A stretch of DNA of 64,000 nt, taken from contig JBNRSN020000009.1 of assembly GCA_051313645.2 (NCBI GenBank), forward strand, positions 39,804,001-39,868,000, given 5' to 3'. Made by a program: the position numbers and the translations under genes. The notes under the pieces are model-generated. The model was not told where the DNA came from, made no database searches, and was given only the letters and a program-made list of their open reading frames with translations. This document shows positions 25,101-35,677 of this stretch, one piece after another. Numbering within the stretch: the first letter of the stretch is position 1; the number at the start of each line of letters is the position of its first letter. This DNA comes from Centroscyllium fabricii (Eukaryota).

Positions 25101-25980
25101 CTACAACCCCCGGGGGAACGGGCAGGTAGAGAGGGAGAACGCCACGGTCTGGAAAGCCATCCAGTTAGCCCTACGGTCTAAAGGCCTCCCAGTCACCCGA
25201 TGGCAGGACGTCCTCCCTGAAGCACTCCACTCTATCCGGTCCCTCCTGTGTACTGCCACTAATGCCACCCCTCACGAAAGACTTTTTGCCTTCCCAAGGA
25301 AGTCAGCTTCCGGGACCTCGCTACCATTGTGGCTACTATCTCCGGGACCGGTCCTGCTTCGGAAGCATGTGAGGGGACACAAGGCAGATCCCCTAGTCGA
25401 ATGGGTCCACCTCCTGCACGCCAATCCCCAGTACGCGTACATAGCGTACCCCGACGGGAGGGAGGACACCGTGTCCATAAAGGATCTAGCCCCAGCAGGA
25501 GTAGCCAAACCCAGCCCCGCCAGGCAGCCCACGCTTCCAAGAAGCCACGCCCAGCAGCCCGCGCACCCAAAACGTCCTGTGACGCTCCACATGCCGCCGA
25601 AGCCAAAGTACGCTCCCCGACACGTGGGCCCAGTACCCCAGTATGTCCACAAGGCACCTGCGAGCAGCACGACCTGGCCCCAAGCTTGGATCCACAACGC
25701 GTGCCCCCTAGAGTCAGAGGACGAAGGAGAGAACGCGCCCCCTGCTGTCAGAATAAGGGCACCACCACCACCCAGAAGTAACATAACAACCACCACTAGT
25801 CGACCGGCATCAATAGAGCAACCGACACAACCAGCCGCTCCACGACACACCACTAGTCGACCGGCATCAATAGAGCAACCGACACAACCAGCCGCTCCAC
25901 GACCACGAACACCACAGGCACCACCAGCGGTGCGAAGATCGACGCGGACAACCAAACCGCCTGAAAGACTCAATCTATAG
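22189..25980 (+). CDS. Gypsy A single-ORF Gag-Pol polyprotein
   Basis: ATG at 22189; the frame is also open from 22057 inside the LTR. Zinc knuckles CYFC..H...C and CSKC..GH..C, protease FDSGS, RT (YLDN), RNase H (SDAS, EKEA, TDQ), integrase HHCC plus DDE (SVDF, HSDRG, QVER), in Gypsy domain order. Confidence 0.95.
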   Translation: MDTTMLKPAVFELDPRSSGASNAFSHWRSVFEEYLRANAAVIVTEEQKRRLLHARVGPQVYSIIVDASSFQEAIRILETEYNRASTDLSSYSSNYTGPAPQSWTGPAQRPAEELITAAHAKTAAKCYFCGQSQHSRRSCPAREATCSKCDKKGHYAKVCKNTSIKSKLGSAACGTWEQPYWAHPSPTQYPSWQQQQQRPSWTQPPPPQYRTWRQPSWGANSEDYYPDQDNSEDPVLASMIIDQRKTQPLEKSMMPVEINGKEVVCLFDSGSTVSFIYQSTVKRLSLRVIPARQRISMASKSEYADVTGRCIVTLNVQGAMFNDFSFYVLPQLCAPLLLGLDFQCHLQSVTMAFGGPLPSLTVRNRGSRRYPQHITCGLSTLKVAPPSLFANLTPDCKPVATKSRRYSAGDMAFIKSEVQRLLKEGVIEASNSPWRAQVVVVKTGEKNRMVVDYSQTINRFTQLDASPLPRIADMVNQIAKFKVYSTIDLKSAYHQLPIRPEDRLYTAFEADGRLYHFLRVPFGVTNGVSVFQREMDRMVDRYGLRATFPYLDNVTICGHDQQDHDANLQKFLHTAKTLNLTYNKEKCVFSTGRLAILGSVVENGVIGPDPDRMHPLMELPLPHSPKALKRCLGFFAYYAQWVPNYADKARPLLKSTSFPLSAEANSAFCRIKNDIAKATMHAVDESVPFQVESDASDFALAATLNQAGRPVAFFSRTLQGPETRHSSVEKEAQAIVETVRHWKHYLAGKRFTLLTDQRSVAFMFNNKERGKIKNDKILRWRIELSVFNYDILYRPGIFNEPPDALSRGTCASAQADRLQTLHNDLCHPGVTRLVHFVKSRNLPISIEEVKTLTSNCQVCAECKPHFYRPDRAHLIKATRPFERLSVDFKGPLPSSNRNVYFLNVIDEYSRFPFAIPCQDMTSATVIKALNSIFSLFGYPNYIHSDRGASFMSDELRQFLLAKGIATSRTTSYNPRGNGQVERENATVWKAIQLALRSKGLPVTRWQDVLPEALHSIRSLLCTATNATPHERLFAFPRKSASGTSLPLWLLSPGPVLLRKHVRGHKADPLVEWVHLLHANPQYAYIAYPDGREDTVSIKDLAPAGVAKPSPARQPTLPRSHAQQPAHPKRPVTLHMPPKPKYAPRHVGPVPQYVHKAPASSTTWPQAWIHNACPLESEDEGENAPPAVRIRAPPPPRSNITTTTSRPASIEQPTQPAAPRHTTSRPASIEQPTQPAAPRPRTPQAPPAVRRSTRTTKPPERLNL

Positions 25981-26340
25981 TCAAAAGAACTTGGTTGTAA
26001 AGAATTAATTTTTTTCTCTCTCTCACTTGTAATTATTAGTCTTTTCACCCCGCCGTACTTTCGTTTTAAAGAAGGGGTGAATGTGATAAACGTGTATATC
26101 ACTTGTATATAGTTAACTACCATGTATCACGATGTAACCTTGTAAATACCTGCACTGTACTATACTGTGAGATGATACCTGGGACATGCCCAGGTTGGCT
26201 CCGCCCACGACTCCTCCCCCGCAGGAGGAGGTATATAAGTGACTGCTCCCATCCCCCATGCCATTCCTGGGGACAGTCAGCTTGCTGGTGCATGTTCCAA
26301 ATGTAGTGAATAAAAGCCTGATTGTTCTAACCTACTACTC

Positions 26341-26854
26341 TGTGTGCAGTTCTGGGCACCGTACTACAGGAGAGATGTGGAGGCGCTGGAGAGGGTGCAG
26401 AGGAGATTCACCAGGATGCTGCCGGGAATGGGAGGAAGGTCATACGAGGAGAGGTTGAGGGAGCTGGGACTCTTCTCCCTGGAACGGAGAACGGACTTGA
26501 TAGAGATGTTTAAAATGATGAAGGGGATCGATAGAGTAAACGTGCAAAGACTGTTTCCCCGGGCGGGAAGAACGTCAACAAGAGGACACGAGCACAAGAT
26601 TCAAGGAGGAAGATTCAGAAGGGATGGCAGGGGCAGGTTCTTTACACAGAGAGTGGTCGGGGAATGGAATAGGCTACCATCTGAAATAGTGGATGCGGAC
26701 AGTCTGGGTGCTTTTAAAAGGATGATAGACAGGTACATGGAGGGGAAGGAACAGTAGGGGGGAAAGGAAAAATCAGAGATGGACTAAGGGCGGCACTACA
26801 TTGAGGGCCCAAGGGCCTGTACAGTGCTGTATGTTCTATGTTCTATGTTCTATG
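26341..26854 (+). mobile_element. 5'-truncated CR1 LINE inserted in the 3' LTR of Gypsy A
   Basis: CR1 ORF2 C-terminus (VQFWAPYY...LERVQRRFTRM...FFTQRVV.WN.LP), (TTCTATG)n tail, TSD TACTC (26336-26340 and 26855-26859). Confidence 0.95.
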
Positions 26855-27888
26855 TACTCGCCTCCGAGGACGTTATTGAAGGTTACACCCTTGTTCCCTT
26901 TCCTTCCCCCTATCCCTCCCCCCCCCACCCCCCGCCCCCCCCTCCCCCCCCGGGATACAGATTAGTGAAGTCCATGCCCCATTTTTAGTGCCATGGAACA
27001 CAGCATGTGATGTCACTACAGTGTCTTCTGCTACAATGTGGTGGAAGATTCAACATAAAATTGCTGCCCTCGTGCAGTCTGTGGCCAGCCGTTTTAAAGT
27101 GAAAAATACACAGAACCAAGGGACTACCAAGAGGCAATGTTCCCTCTATTTTTTATTTGGCGCCATGCAGCCTCTTTAAGGGGCTGAGCTGGCTGTTCAA
27201 AATACCATGCCTGCAGGGTTTTTGCATTGAAAAGCCGGCTGCGCGACCACGCAGCTTAACGGGAATGTTGTGAGAGGGGCACTTAAGTGCACAAAATCTG
27301 ACCTTTTTACGTCTTTTCGGATTACGCGGCGGTTCAGATGAACAAAATTCCCCAGCAGAACTCTTCAGCCATCATCACACTTCCTGGATTTTATTTCAGT
27401 GGGCAAATGGGCAGCACGGTGGCATAGTGGTTAGCACTGTTGCCTCACAGCTCTGGAGACCCGGGTTCAAATCCAGCCTCGGGTACTATCTGTGTGGAGT
27501 TTGCACATTCTCCCCGTGTCTGCGTGGGTTTCCTCCGGGTGCTCCGGTTTCCTCCCACAGTCCAAAGATGTGCGGGTTAGGTTGATTGGTCAGGATAAAT
27601 TGACCCTTAGTATTAGGGGGATTGAATGTGTGGGGTTACGGGGATAGGGTGGGATATGTGTCGGTGCAGGCTCAATAGGGATCGAGGGATATGGGGAGAG
27701 GGCAGGGGCGGGGTGCTGGGTTTGGATGATCAGCCATGATCTCATTGAATGGCGGAGCAGGCTCGAAGGGCCGAATGGCCTACTCCTGCTCCTATCTTCT
27801 ATGTTTCTATGTAAATCAGATGGAATTCTATTGAGTATATTTGTAGCACTCAGAAGGATAATGCTTTCTGTGCATCTTTTAATTGTAG

Positions 27889-27947
27889 GTTACCTGGGAT
27901 ACACCAGTGGCTTCTCCCTCAGCTGTATGGTTTTCTTTTTAATTGCG
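27889..27947 (+). CDS. SLC38A3: SLC38A3-like exon (59 bp)
   Basis: Acceptor aattgtAG, donor GTAAGT. Encodes (G)YLGYTSGFSLSCMVFFLIA. Confidence 0.94.
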
Positions 27948-28190
27948 GTAAGTGTGTTAACATCAGCAGCTTGGTAGCTGGGCGTCAGGAACTAAGTTCC
28001 ATCTATAGAGGATACTCGGTGAGGAGACTGTGCATACGGCAGAATTTTATTCTATGAACAATGATAATCTGACAACGCACAAGTGGCTTATAGATTTGGA
28101 CCAGGAATAAGCCATTCTGATCTGAACCTCAGCTCTGGTTTACGCCCCTTTATCTAACGAAAATCTATTGATCTCCGTCTTGAAAATGTT

Positions 28191-28326
28191 GTGGAGATGC
28201 CAGTGTTGGACTAGGGTGGACAAATGTAAGAAGTCACACAACACCAGGTTGTAGTCCAACAGCTTTATTTGATTTCAAATAAAGCTGTTGGACTATAACC
28301 TGGTGTTGTGTGACTTCTTACATTTG
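28191..28326. mobile_element. Penelope-like fragment with an inverted duplication; related to 17350-17478
   Basis: Same sequence as 17350-17440 followed by a 52-bp fold-back, flanked by the direct repeat TTGAAAATGTT. Confidence 0.7.
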
Positions 28327-28852
28327 AAAATGTTAGCAGCCATTATGAGGCAAGTCATTGTTTTTTTTTAAAAATCTGTCGGTTTTCCTCATGTTGACAA
28401 CTGTTAACGTCATAAATTTACACCATTTGGAATAAATGGGGTAATGCTGGAGTGCTTATTCCCTCCAGCCATTTGCAGTAAATACGAAAAACTGTAAATC
28501 AGTCAAGCGGTTTCTGGTGATGTCTCAAATCGCAAAAGCACAGGTCAAAGAGTTTGTACAAAGATTGCAAGTAGAAGAGGAGGGACAGACAGAGACTAGT
28601 GTGTTGATTAATCCAGGAGAAACTATTGGCTGGTTCAAAGCTATGAACCTTGAAAATCTGGCTTTCATTTTCAGGTGCTGAATAGAGCCCTGTGGTCCAT
28701 TTCTAGCGGAGATTTTCAGCTATCTCGTGATAGGGTTGACGTTAGCGTACGAATTCTTAATGTGGTTGTATTAACTTCCTCTCTCGGATGTTTTAATTTG
28801 TTAATCCAACAAACAGGTTTATTTTAATCAGATTCACATCTCTTAAAATGGC

Positions 28853-29243
28853 AGAGAGAATCTTATTGAAACATATAAGATTCTGAGGGGGCTCGACAGG
28901 GTAGATGCTGAGAGGATGTTTCCCCTCGTGGGGTAATCTAGAACCAGGGGGCACAGTTTCAGGATAAGGGGTCGCCCATGTTAAACGGAGGTGAGGAGGA
29001 ATTTCTTCTCTCAGAGGGTCGTGAAGCTTTGGAATTCTCTACCCCAGAGAGCTGTGGAGGCGGGGTCATTGAATATATTCAAGGTGGAGATAGACATATA
29101 TATGAGCTACAGGGGAATCGAGGGTGATAGGGAGAGAGCGGGAAAGTGGTGTTGAGGCCAAGATCAGATCAGCCATGATCTTATTGAAAGACAGGGCAGG
29201 CTCAAGGGGCCGAATGGCCTATTCCTGCTCCTATTTCTTATGT
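28853..29243 (+). mobile_element. CR1 LINE 3' fragment
   Basis: Nucleotide similarity to the other CR1 3' ends; ends about 78 bp before the exon at 29321. Confidence 0.85.
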
Positions 29244-29320
29244 AATTTAGTGCAAGTCCTCTAAGTGTTCGTATGTTATTGTTGCTGATAATAATTTTAG
29301 TCCTTCTGTGGATGTTTTAG

Positions 29321-29488
29321 GTGATCTACAAGAAGTTCCAGATTTCCTGCCCATTTACTAACATACATGCAAACAGCTCTTTATTGGACAGCGTCAGCTA
29401 TGAGAATGCTACCAGCTGCAACAATAGCGACATTCACAAAGACACTAAGGATCAGTGCACCTCACAGTTGTTTACGATGAACTCCCAG
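29321..29488 (+). CDS. SLC38A3: SLC38A3-like exon, large extracellular loop (168 bp)
   Basis: Acceptor gttttAG, donor GTAACA. Encodes VIYKKFQISCPF...DQCTSQLFTMNSQ, phase 0 to phase 0. Confidence 0.93.
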
Positions 29489-29849
29489 GTAACATATCAG
29501 CAGATCTACTATTTATGGGATTGTGAATCTGTAATACAGAGGACTGATGTGCAAGGCATTTCAGAATTTGGTTCATGAACGTGTCTGAGGTCCTAGTGGA
29601 GAGGAACTCCTGCTGCTAAATAGGGCTTTTTAAATATATGCGACAGGATCTCCCTTAGGTACGAGTTTGCAGTAAGGTGGAGAACACAATGTTTAATAAT
29701 GGCAGTGAGGGGATTGTTTATCTCCTCGATTGAGAAAGAGGAACTAAGCTGAAGTCTATAGATTGGATCCTAATGTTGCCAGTAGCTATCTCCCATTTTT
29801 ATTGTTTATTCATTTTTATTCAGTTCAATGTTCTGTCTCTCATTTGCAG

Positions 29850-29929
29850 ACTGCATACACCATTCCCATCTTGGCCTTTGCCTTTGTCTGTCATCCAGAG
29901 GTACTGCCTATCTACACAGAGCTGAAAAA
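29850..29929 (+). CDS. SLC38A3: SLC38A3-like exon (80 bp)
   Basis: Acceptor tttgcAG, donor GTATGT. Encodes TAYTIPILAFAFVCHPEVLPIYTELK, containing the AFAFVCHP motif typical of SLC38. Confidence 0.95.
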
Positions 29930-30965
29930 GTATGTATGAGTAGCATTTTTGATTTGGCAAATTGGTACGTTTGCTTCAGACCTGAGCTACCAGCGTTGAT
30001 GCATCTTGAGTTCTAAATTCATTGTAAATCAGCGCTCCAGCTTTGTTTCCATGTTTTTTTTAAAATTCATTCATGGGATGTGAGCGTTGCTGGCAAGGCC
30101 AGCATTTATTGCCTGTCCCTAGTTGCTCTTGAGAAGGTGGTGGTGAGCTGCTGCCTTGATAAGAATGGCTTGCTAGGCCATGACATAGTGTCAACCATGT
30201 TGCTGTGGGTCTGGAGTCACATATCGGCCAGACCTAGTAAGGACAGCAGATTTCCTTCCCTAAAGGACATCAGTGCAGCAGATGGGTTTGCACCATTACT
30301 AACTTTTTATTCCAAATTTATTTAGTTCATTGAAATTAAATTCCCCCAGCTGCCATGATGGGATTTGAGCTCTTGTCGCTGGATTATTAGTCCAGGCCTC
30401 TGGATTACTCGTCCAGTAACATAACCACTCTGCTGCCTTACCCCTATGACAGTGTCCCAGATTTTGCGGTGTTCGCCATCATTACCTCTCTGAAACTGAC
30501 CGTAATTTCAGGATTTAGCACATGCGCAGTTAAACGCGGAAATCCTGAAGTTGTGATCAGTCATTCACTGCTCCGCCCCAAGCCAGCAATCAATGAAATC
30601 AGTGGAAATGAAAAAAACTTAAGCATTTCCTCACTAATATCACTATTAAACCCCCCATTAAATGTTAAGCCTTGTTGGAATACGTGTAACTGGGTTTTAA
30701 CAGCATATTGACTGCTAAACAACTGTTCTGGCCCTGAAAAATTTATTTTATATTAAATGAAATGTCAAATTTCTCCATTATGGTAAAAATTACTAGATTA
30801 AAAAAATATATTCTTTAAAGTTTGTTCATGATATTTCAGCTGCTACCATAAGGCCATGTTTATGTCCCAATCTTTATTTTGCTCTCTGTAGCATTTTTAA
30901 GAAGCGCAGATAATCAGTGCTTTTCATTTCCTGGTTTGCTGTCTGTGAAAATTCTTCAGTGCGAT

Positions 30966-31268
30966 TGATGCACGATCGATCACAATGAGTCGACGAGATT
31001 AAGTAATTGAGGCTTTAATTAACTAAGAACAGGAGTACAGGTCTTATCGCTATCTGGTCCTGGAATGCCATGAGGTCAACATGGCTGCCACCTTTATACT
31101 ACAGTCTGTGGGTGGAGCCCAGAGGCGGAGCCGGCTGAGGCATCCCAGGTAGATACCGATGGGGACAAGAGGTAACAAGGAGATAACTATATACAGCACA
31201 GTAAGTAACAAGGAGATAACTATATACAGCACAGTATTAGTGGGAAACAGTATTACTGGTTTACCACA
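30966..31268 (-). mobile_element. Solo LTR (303 bp), related to 11223-11483, inside a MITE remnant (about 30454-31457)
   Basis: TGATGCAC...TTTACCACA ends, TSD GCGAT/GTGAT (CpG decay), internal duplication of about 36 bp. Confidence 0.85.
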
Positions 31269-31693
31269 GTGATTGGCTGCTTAGACAGCTTGATGGCATC
31301 ACTGCTGATCTTCACTGGAGTTCCCCTTTTGGCAGCGCTACAATCAATTTCACGTTGAGGAAGCTAAAGTTCTCGCCTCAGGGATTGTGAGATCTCGGTG
31401 GGCAGCTTTCTTCGAGGTCAGTGGCGAGCACCGTCGCTCCGTCGCTGACCGCAAATGACATGCCAATGTGCGGATTCAACTGAGACCTTGTATCTCACGG
31501 CTAGACATGAGATTGTCAGGTATAACAAACTCCATTTTCATTGGAAAAGTAAAGCAGGTTTTGCAGACAGAGAGACCATGGGGCTAGGGTTTTTCAATGT
31601 GTGCTTGTCAGAATGGGATTTCCTAGTCCAATAAAATAAATGGGGAGAAAATCATGAGTTGCTTGCGCACAAGCGGAACACCTTGGCCAGGAA

Positions 31694-32052
31694 ATTCAAT
31701 TCAATTCAATTCAATTCAAGTTTTATTGTCATTGCAGAGTACTAGTACAATACAACGAGACGAAGACTCGACTCTCCCGAGAGTAGTGCAAATAAATTAC
31801 ATGCAAATTGCATACAGTAAAGTACATTATCAGGCGTGCAGGTACCGGAGTTTATTTTTAGAGTTCAGGAGGCTGACAGCCCTGGGGAAGAAGCTGTTCT
31901 GAAATCTAGTCGTGCGGGTGCGAATTGATCTGTAGCGTCTCCCGGAGGGCAGGTGGGTGAACAGACTGTGGCTGGGGTGTGTGGGGTCTTTAATAATGTT
32001 CAGAGACCTCCGTAAGCAGCGTTTGAGGTAGATGCTTTCCATTGACGGTAAT
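31694..32052 (-). mobile_element. Rex1/Babar-like LINE 3' fragment (same family as 6121-6815)
   Basis: IIKDPTHPSHSLF..LPSGRRYRS...SFFPRAV and a (TTGAA)n tail. Confidence 0.88.
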
Positions 32053-32203
32053 TGCCATTGGAGGTGAACTTATCACAGCCTTTCTTGCAGTTGAGTCTAC
32101 TGCAGTCACAGAAAGTTGGCTGGACGGAGGATTTTGGTGCACAAGGTGCATGAAGAATGGGGGTGTCTGGAAAAGAAGAAGCAGGAAGGAGGGAGGGCTC
32201 TGA

Positions 32204-32963
32204 AATTATCTGAATGGCAATAGATTGGGAGAAGGGGAAGTGCAACAAAACCTGGGTGTCCTTGTGCACCAGTCACTGAAGGTGAGCATGCAGGTGCAGC
32301 AGGCGGTTAAGAAGGCAAATGGTATGTTGGCCTTCATAGTGAAAGGGTTTGAGTACAGGAACAGGGAGGTCTTGCTGCAGTTGTACAGGGCCTTGGTGAG
32401 ACCACACCTTGAGTACTGTGTGCAATTTTGGTCTCCTTATCTAAGGAAGGACGTTCTTGCCATGGAGGGAATGCAGAGAAGATTCACCAGGCTGATACCT
32501 GGGATGGCAGGAATGACGTGTGAGGAGAGACTGGGTAGACTGGGTTTGTACTCTCTGGAGTTTAGAAGATTGAGAGGGGATCTCATCGAAACGTATAAAA
32601 TTCTAACTGGTCTGGACAAACTTGATGCAGGAAGAATGTTCCCGATGATTGGAGAGTCCAGAACCAGGGGACACAGTCTAAGGATAAGAGGTAACTCATT
32701 TAGGACAGAGATGAGGAGGAATTTCTTCACCCAGAGAGTGGTGAACCTGTTTAATTCTCTGCCACAGAGGGCAGTGGAGGCTAGTTCATTGAATATATTC
32801 AAGAAGGAGCTGGATGTATTTCTTAAGTCTAGAGTGATCAAGGGATATGGGGAGAAGGCAGGGACAGGGTACTGTGTTTGGATGATCAGCCATGATCTCA
32901 TTGAATGGCGGAGCAGGTCGAGGGGCCGAATGGCCTACTCCTGCTCCTATCTTCTATGTTTCT
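32204..32963 (+). mobile_element. CR1 LINE 3' fragment
   Basis: 246-aa ORF with LYRALVRPHLEYCVQFWSP...FFTQRVVNL. Confidence 0.93.
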
Positions 32964-33139
32964 AAATGCGAAGAACAATAGCCAATAATTAGGGGGCAAA
33001 AGAGCAAGATAAAGGCTCCTTTTTTTCTGGGAACCCTGGAAGAAAGGGCAGAAAGCGAGACGCTTTTTCATGAGCCCTTGAAGTGGAGGGAGGGAGAAAA
33101 GAAACAACTGATGTTGAAGAATGAAAAGAAAAAATAATT

Positions 33140-33470
33140 ACAGTGCTGGAAATCTGAAATAAAGCCAGAAAAATGCTGGAAATACTCAGCAGGTCAGGCA
33201 GCATCTCTGGAGAGAGAAAAACAGGTTGATGACCTTTGGTCAGAATCGGAAAAGGTTAGAGCTGTAACAGATTGTAAGCAAGTGGAGGGGCAGGGGAAGA
33301 GGGGAGGAAAGAACAAAAGGGAAGGTCTGTGATAGGATGGAAGGCCGGAGAGATTAAATGTCAAAAGGGATGATGGTGCAAGGCAAAAGGAGCTGGTAAT
33401 GGGACAAGTAAAGGGTCTAGAGAAGGTGTAAATGGGAATATCAGAATCATCAGCAACTGCCTCCATTTAT
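33140..33470 (-). mobile_element. Second Penelope-like family fragment; also 46055-46155/47049-47078 and about 58290-59140, both split by MITEs
   Basis: Recurrent GCTGGAAATACTCAGCAGGTCAGGCAGCATCT motif; some copies show hammerhead-like CTGA..GA / GAAAC remnants. Confidence 0.55.
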
Positions 33471-33554
33471 TTGGCCGGCAGCTGTTGCTGGTGGTTCCGA
33501 TATTCGAGGTGCTTTCTGGTGTTTTATGTCTGAAATGTACAACTTGTATTTCAG

Positions 33555-33655
33555 CCCATCCAAGAAAAAAATGCAGCAGGTGTCCAACATCTCAATCCTG
33601 GTTATGTACGTCATGTATTTCCTCGCCGCCCTCTTTGGATACTTGACATTCTATG
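33555..33655 (+). CDS. SLC38A3: SLC38A3-like exon (101 bp)
   Basis: Acceptor atttcAG, donor GTGAGT. Encodes (N)PSKKKMQQVSNISILVMYVMYFLAALFGYLTFY(G); PSKKKMQ favours SNAT3. Confidence 0.95.
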
Positions 33656-35166
33656 GTGAGTTCAAAAAATATATACATCTTTGGCTCAGTTTTTCCCTCA
33701 CATACGAAGGTAGGACCAACACAAGGTCAGTCAAAGTTCAGTTTAACTCAAGTAGCATAAAGTGTTATTGAAGCTTTTGCCCATCATTTTTTTCCCAGTT
33801 TTCCCAGACTTGAGTTCCTTGACCTCTTTTTAATAACCCATCGATTGGCTGATCAGTTGAATGCATTTTCGATCTCTGTAAATCTTTTCATAAATACCCT
33901 GATCAAAATTAGACAGCGCTCTCACCAATGTTTTATAAAGCTTCACCACAGCCTAGTTGGACTTGTATTCTGCTGATCCTCATACATTCAATACGTATTA
34001 GGAATCATGCCAGCTCTTTTGTACTGCAGTTTATTTAACTATGTACAGGTTGAGCACCGTTAATCCGGCACGGTCGGGACCAGGCCCGTGCCGGATTACT
34101 GAAAAAGCCGAACAAGTGAAGCCTTGGCGAGCGCATGCGCGGACCATTCAAAATGGCCACCGCGAATGCCAGCAGCCATTTTGAATGGTCTGCGCATGCG
34201 CTCGCCGAAGCATCAATCGTTCGGGACCATTCAAAATGGCCACCGCAAAGCATTTTGAATGGTCCGCGCATGCGCTCGCCGAAGCATCAATCGTTCGGGG
34301 AGGCCCAGGCATGCGCAGCCAAGCGCGGCGGCCATTTCGCGCGTGCGCAGACGAGTCTGGCAGTTGGGGAGAGGCCCGCAAGCGCGGTGGCCATTTCGTG
34401 CATGCGCAGACCAGTCTGGCAGTTGGGGAGAGGCCCGCAAGCGCGGCGGCGATTTTGCGCATGCGCAGACCAGTCGGCCGGATTCGTTCCGGATGACTGA
34501 AGTTAGCGGATTACCGGTGTCCGGATTAATGGTGCTCAACCTGTACTGTACCCCTCGTTGTGTATTCACATTTGTTATTTCTAACGTTACCTTAAATTTT
34601 ACAATAATAAATATAACTTGATATTCATCAGCCCGGTGGTTAAGGTTCTGTCGGCGTTAGGATATATCCTCTCCTCAGAATTTTCCAATTTCCCACAAAA
34701 TCTTGTTTCTTTTCCCCACAATCATCTTAGCTCAGCACTGACTCCCGGCACTATATTAGATGGTTCAGACGGTCCATGTCTCTATGACACTGAGTGTAGC
34801 TCACCAGAGGTGTGATTTTCAGTCAGGTGGAGTGAGATAGACAACAGCAGTTTCTCTGTTCCTCAAATCCAACACAGCCTCTGCACAGTACTTGGCTCTT
34901 TGTTTCAGCAGCCAGGCTATATTGGCACAGGATGGTAAGAGATGAGGAACAGTGGCAACTAGGTGAGCATTTTTACAGCCGATCTATACATTCTTAACAC
35001 ACTTTGGCAACCAAACCAGTGGCTAAACTGAGGCATGCAAGGTTCTGCCAAGGGGAAAGGATCGGCATATTGGCAGAGCCAAAAGCTCTTAGAACTTATT
35101 TCAGTAGCGATGACAATACATGTCTGAGCATTTGGCAACATCACAGAATGGCTTTTTCAGAATATA

Positions 35167-35677
35167 ACATTAGAAGTAGGAGCAGGAGTAGGCCATATGG
35201 CCCCTCGGGCCTGCTCCGCCATTCAATAGGATCATGGCTGATCCGAACTTAGACTCACGTCCACTTCCTTGCACCTCTCCCCGTAATCCTTTATTCCCCT
35301 ATCAGTTAGGAAACTGTCTATCTCCGTTTTAAATTTATTTAATATTGCAGCTTCCACAGCTCTCTGAGGTAGTAAATTCCATAGATTTACTACCCTCTGA
35401 GTGAAGAAGTTTCTCCTCATCTCAATTTTGAAAGGGCAGCCCCTTATTCTAAGATTATGACCCCTAGTTCTAGTCTCACCCATCAGTGGAAACATCCTCA
35501 CTGCATCCACCCAATCAAGCCCCCTCACATATGTTTCGATAAGATCGCCTCTCGTTCTTCTGAATTCCAATGAGTAGAGGCCCAACCTACTCAATCTTTC
35601 CTCATAAGTCAACCCCCTCATCTCCGGAATCAACCGAGTGAACCTTCTCTGAACTGCCTCGAGAGCAAGTATATCTT
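35167..35677 (-). mobile_element. CR1 LINE 3' fragment (same subfamily as 2588-3575)
   Basis: LEAVQRRFTRLIPEMRGLTYEERL...FFTQRVVNLWN. Confidence 0.92.

Larger units (their letters stand above)
21882..26887 (+). mobile_element. Gypsy LTR retrotransposon A, full length and young
   Basis: TG...CA LTRs: 5' LTR 21882-22167 (286 bp); 3' LTR 26082-26887, split by a CR1 insertion. 5-bp TSD CCCTT (21877-21881 and 26888-26892). Polypurine tract AAAGAAGGGGTGAA precedes 26082. The LTRs differ by about 1 substitution and 1 indel. Confidence 0.97.

Noticed and set aside
25272-26123. 283-aa antisense ORF in Gypsy A as an env or accessory gene
   Set aside because: Low-complexity mirror of the Pro-rich integrase tail, with a non-ATG start inside the LTR and no recognisable domain.
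27409-27490. tRNA genes at A/B-box motifs
   Set aside because: They continue directly into SINE bodies, so they are tRNA-derived SINE heads.
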